From: Octopus sinensis
Taxonomy: Eukaryota
Direction: 5' to 3'
DNA length: 24,390 nucleotides
Assembly (NCBI RefSeq): GCF_006345805.1
Contig: NW_021836420.1
Coordinates: 1 to 24,390 of the forward strand
The notes beneath the pieces are model-generated. The model searched no databases and was not told the DNA's origin. It saw nothing but the letters and a program-made list of their open reading frames with translations. This document shows positions 22,563 through 24,390 of the stretch, one piece after another (the first letter of the stretch is position 1; each line of letters starts with the position of its first letter). Position numbers and translations under genes: made by a program.

Positions 22563-22964
22563 GATAGATAGATAGTTTTAAAACAACACTACGGAAATAG
22601 CATCTCAAAATGCAAGATAAAAGTTATTGCAAGAAAGAGTTAAGTAAAAGAATGTGAAGTAATATTGAAATAATAGAAACATCTGATAGATCAAAATACA
22701 TATTGGTTTTTAACATCATCTGCTTTCGTAGAGTACATCGCCATCTTCAAATGTATTGTGTTTAAAGAATAAATTTAGTTTGTGAAGCAGTCGAAAATGA
22801 TTGTAAGAAAATAACTATTCTACTCTTTCTGAAATGATTGAATGGACGAAACGGAAGTGGGCAGTGCCTGTGAGTTGTCTGGGTTGCTTGTGTATTAGGT
22901 GAACTCGAGGTAAAAACAATGGCGGATAGATAGATAGGACAGACAGACAGACAGATGGAAAGAC

Positions 22965-23059
<95 letters not shown>

Positions 23060-23083
23060 CAGATAGATAGATAGGTAGGTAGA

Positions 23084-23157
<74 letters not shown>

Positions 23158-23396
23158 GGATAGATATTTTTAAAGAAATAACCTAAAACAACATTAGAAA
23201 ACTGATTCCCTATTGTTTCTGTCCGTCCTGTAAGTCTTTCTGTGTCTGTCTGTCTGTCTCTTCCCCTCCTCTCTCTCTCTCTCCCTCTTTGTCTTGCTCA
23301 ATTTGACACACATAGACATATTCTTACAAATATGACAATAGTATAATCTGTCAGTGTCTCTCTTTCTCTCTGCCAGTCTGCCTCCTCTACTCTGTC

Positions 23397-23399
<3 letters not shown>

Positions 23400-23460
<61 letters not shown>

Positions 23461-23864
23461 CTATCTATCTCTATCTCTCTATCTCTCTATCTCTCTCAGT
23501 ACGTACAAATGATTATACAAAGATAAACATATTTCTGTTCTGTCTCTGAGAAACATGTGTTTGTGCACATATATACACACATACACAGATACAGATTATA
23601 TATATGCGTGTGTGTGTGTGTGTGTCTGTGTGTGCGTGTGTGTGCGTGTGTGCGTGTGTGCGTGTGTGTGTGTACCAATGTGCACATGTATACGCATCTC
23701 ATTGTGCGTACGAAGAGACAAAGAGGGAAAGAGAGAAAGGCGCGAAGAGGACAGTTTCATATTTTTGTTCTAATGTCTTTAACGATAGTGTTGTGTACAT
23801 ACTGTGTGTGTGTGTGTGTGTGTATACTTACACCTACACACACAACACATACACACAAACATAA

Positions 23865-23901
<37 letters not shown>

Positions 23902-23904
23902 TTA

Positions 23905-23957
<53 letters not shown>

Positions 23958-24088
23958 AATGTGTGTGTGTGGTTATATGTATATGTATGTATTTATACAT
24001 ATATATATGTACACACATATATGTATATATATATATACTATACAATATATATAATAATTATATTGTTGTGTGTGTGTGTGTGTGTGTG

Positions 24089-24120
<32 letters not shown>

Positions 24121-24124
24121 ATTA

Positions 24125-24156
<32 letters not shown>

Positions 24157-24157
24157 T
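23400..24157. repeat. (CT)n / (CTAT)n, (TG)n and (TA)n microsatellite tracts
   Basis: Directly visible. Confidence 0.9.
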
Positions 24158-24390
24158 ACTGGGATAGAAATGGAGGTGTTGTACGAATCAAACCAAAGTT
24201 ATGTTACAGACGGACAGATTTCACTAATGTTATAACAATGATCATCTTACGCTCAGAGAAATAGAAATATCTCCAAGGTTATGGACGGAGGAATAAAAGG
24301 AAAGTGACGAATGGTCAGAGGACAGAAAAAAAAAAAAATGAAAAAACATTCAGATTAAAGTGGGAACACGCGTATCTTCCATTAGTGCCA

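Overview
This is AT-rich eukaryotic DNA packed with microsatellites ((TA)n, (TG)n, (TAA)n, (GATA)n, (GA)n). I found no intact host gene, and almost all ORFs in the supplied track are translations of simple repeats. The repeat families resemble those I recall from octopus/cephalopod genomes (inference only). The window holds three or four tRNA-derived SINE families, some nested and some with swapped 3' tails; 3' fragments of an R4/Dong-type LINE (restriction-like endonuclease) in (TAA)n and of an L1/Tx1-type LINE in (GATA)n; a decayed Tc1/mariner-superfamily transposon; two non-autonomous Helitrons; a MITE; and a degenerate Penelope-like RT fragment. The strongest signal is a dense set of minimal type I hammerhead ribozyme (HHR) motifs: about 6 good and 5 decayed. 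They lie in short non-coding Penelope-like terminal-repeat elements next to TA tracts. Many are arranged as tail-out inverted pairs, and two unrelated families carry the compensatory U3-A8 core (UUGANAA). All calls were made by eye; no searches or folding were run.
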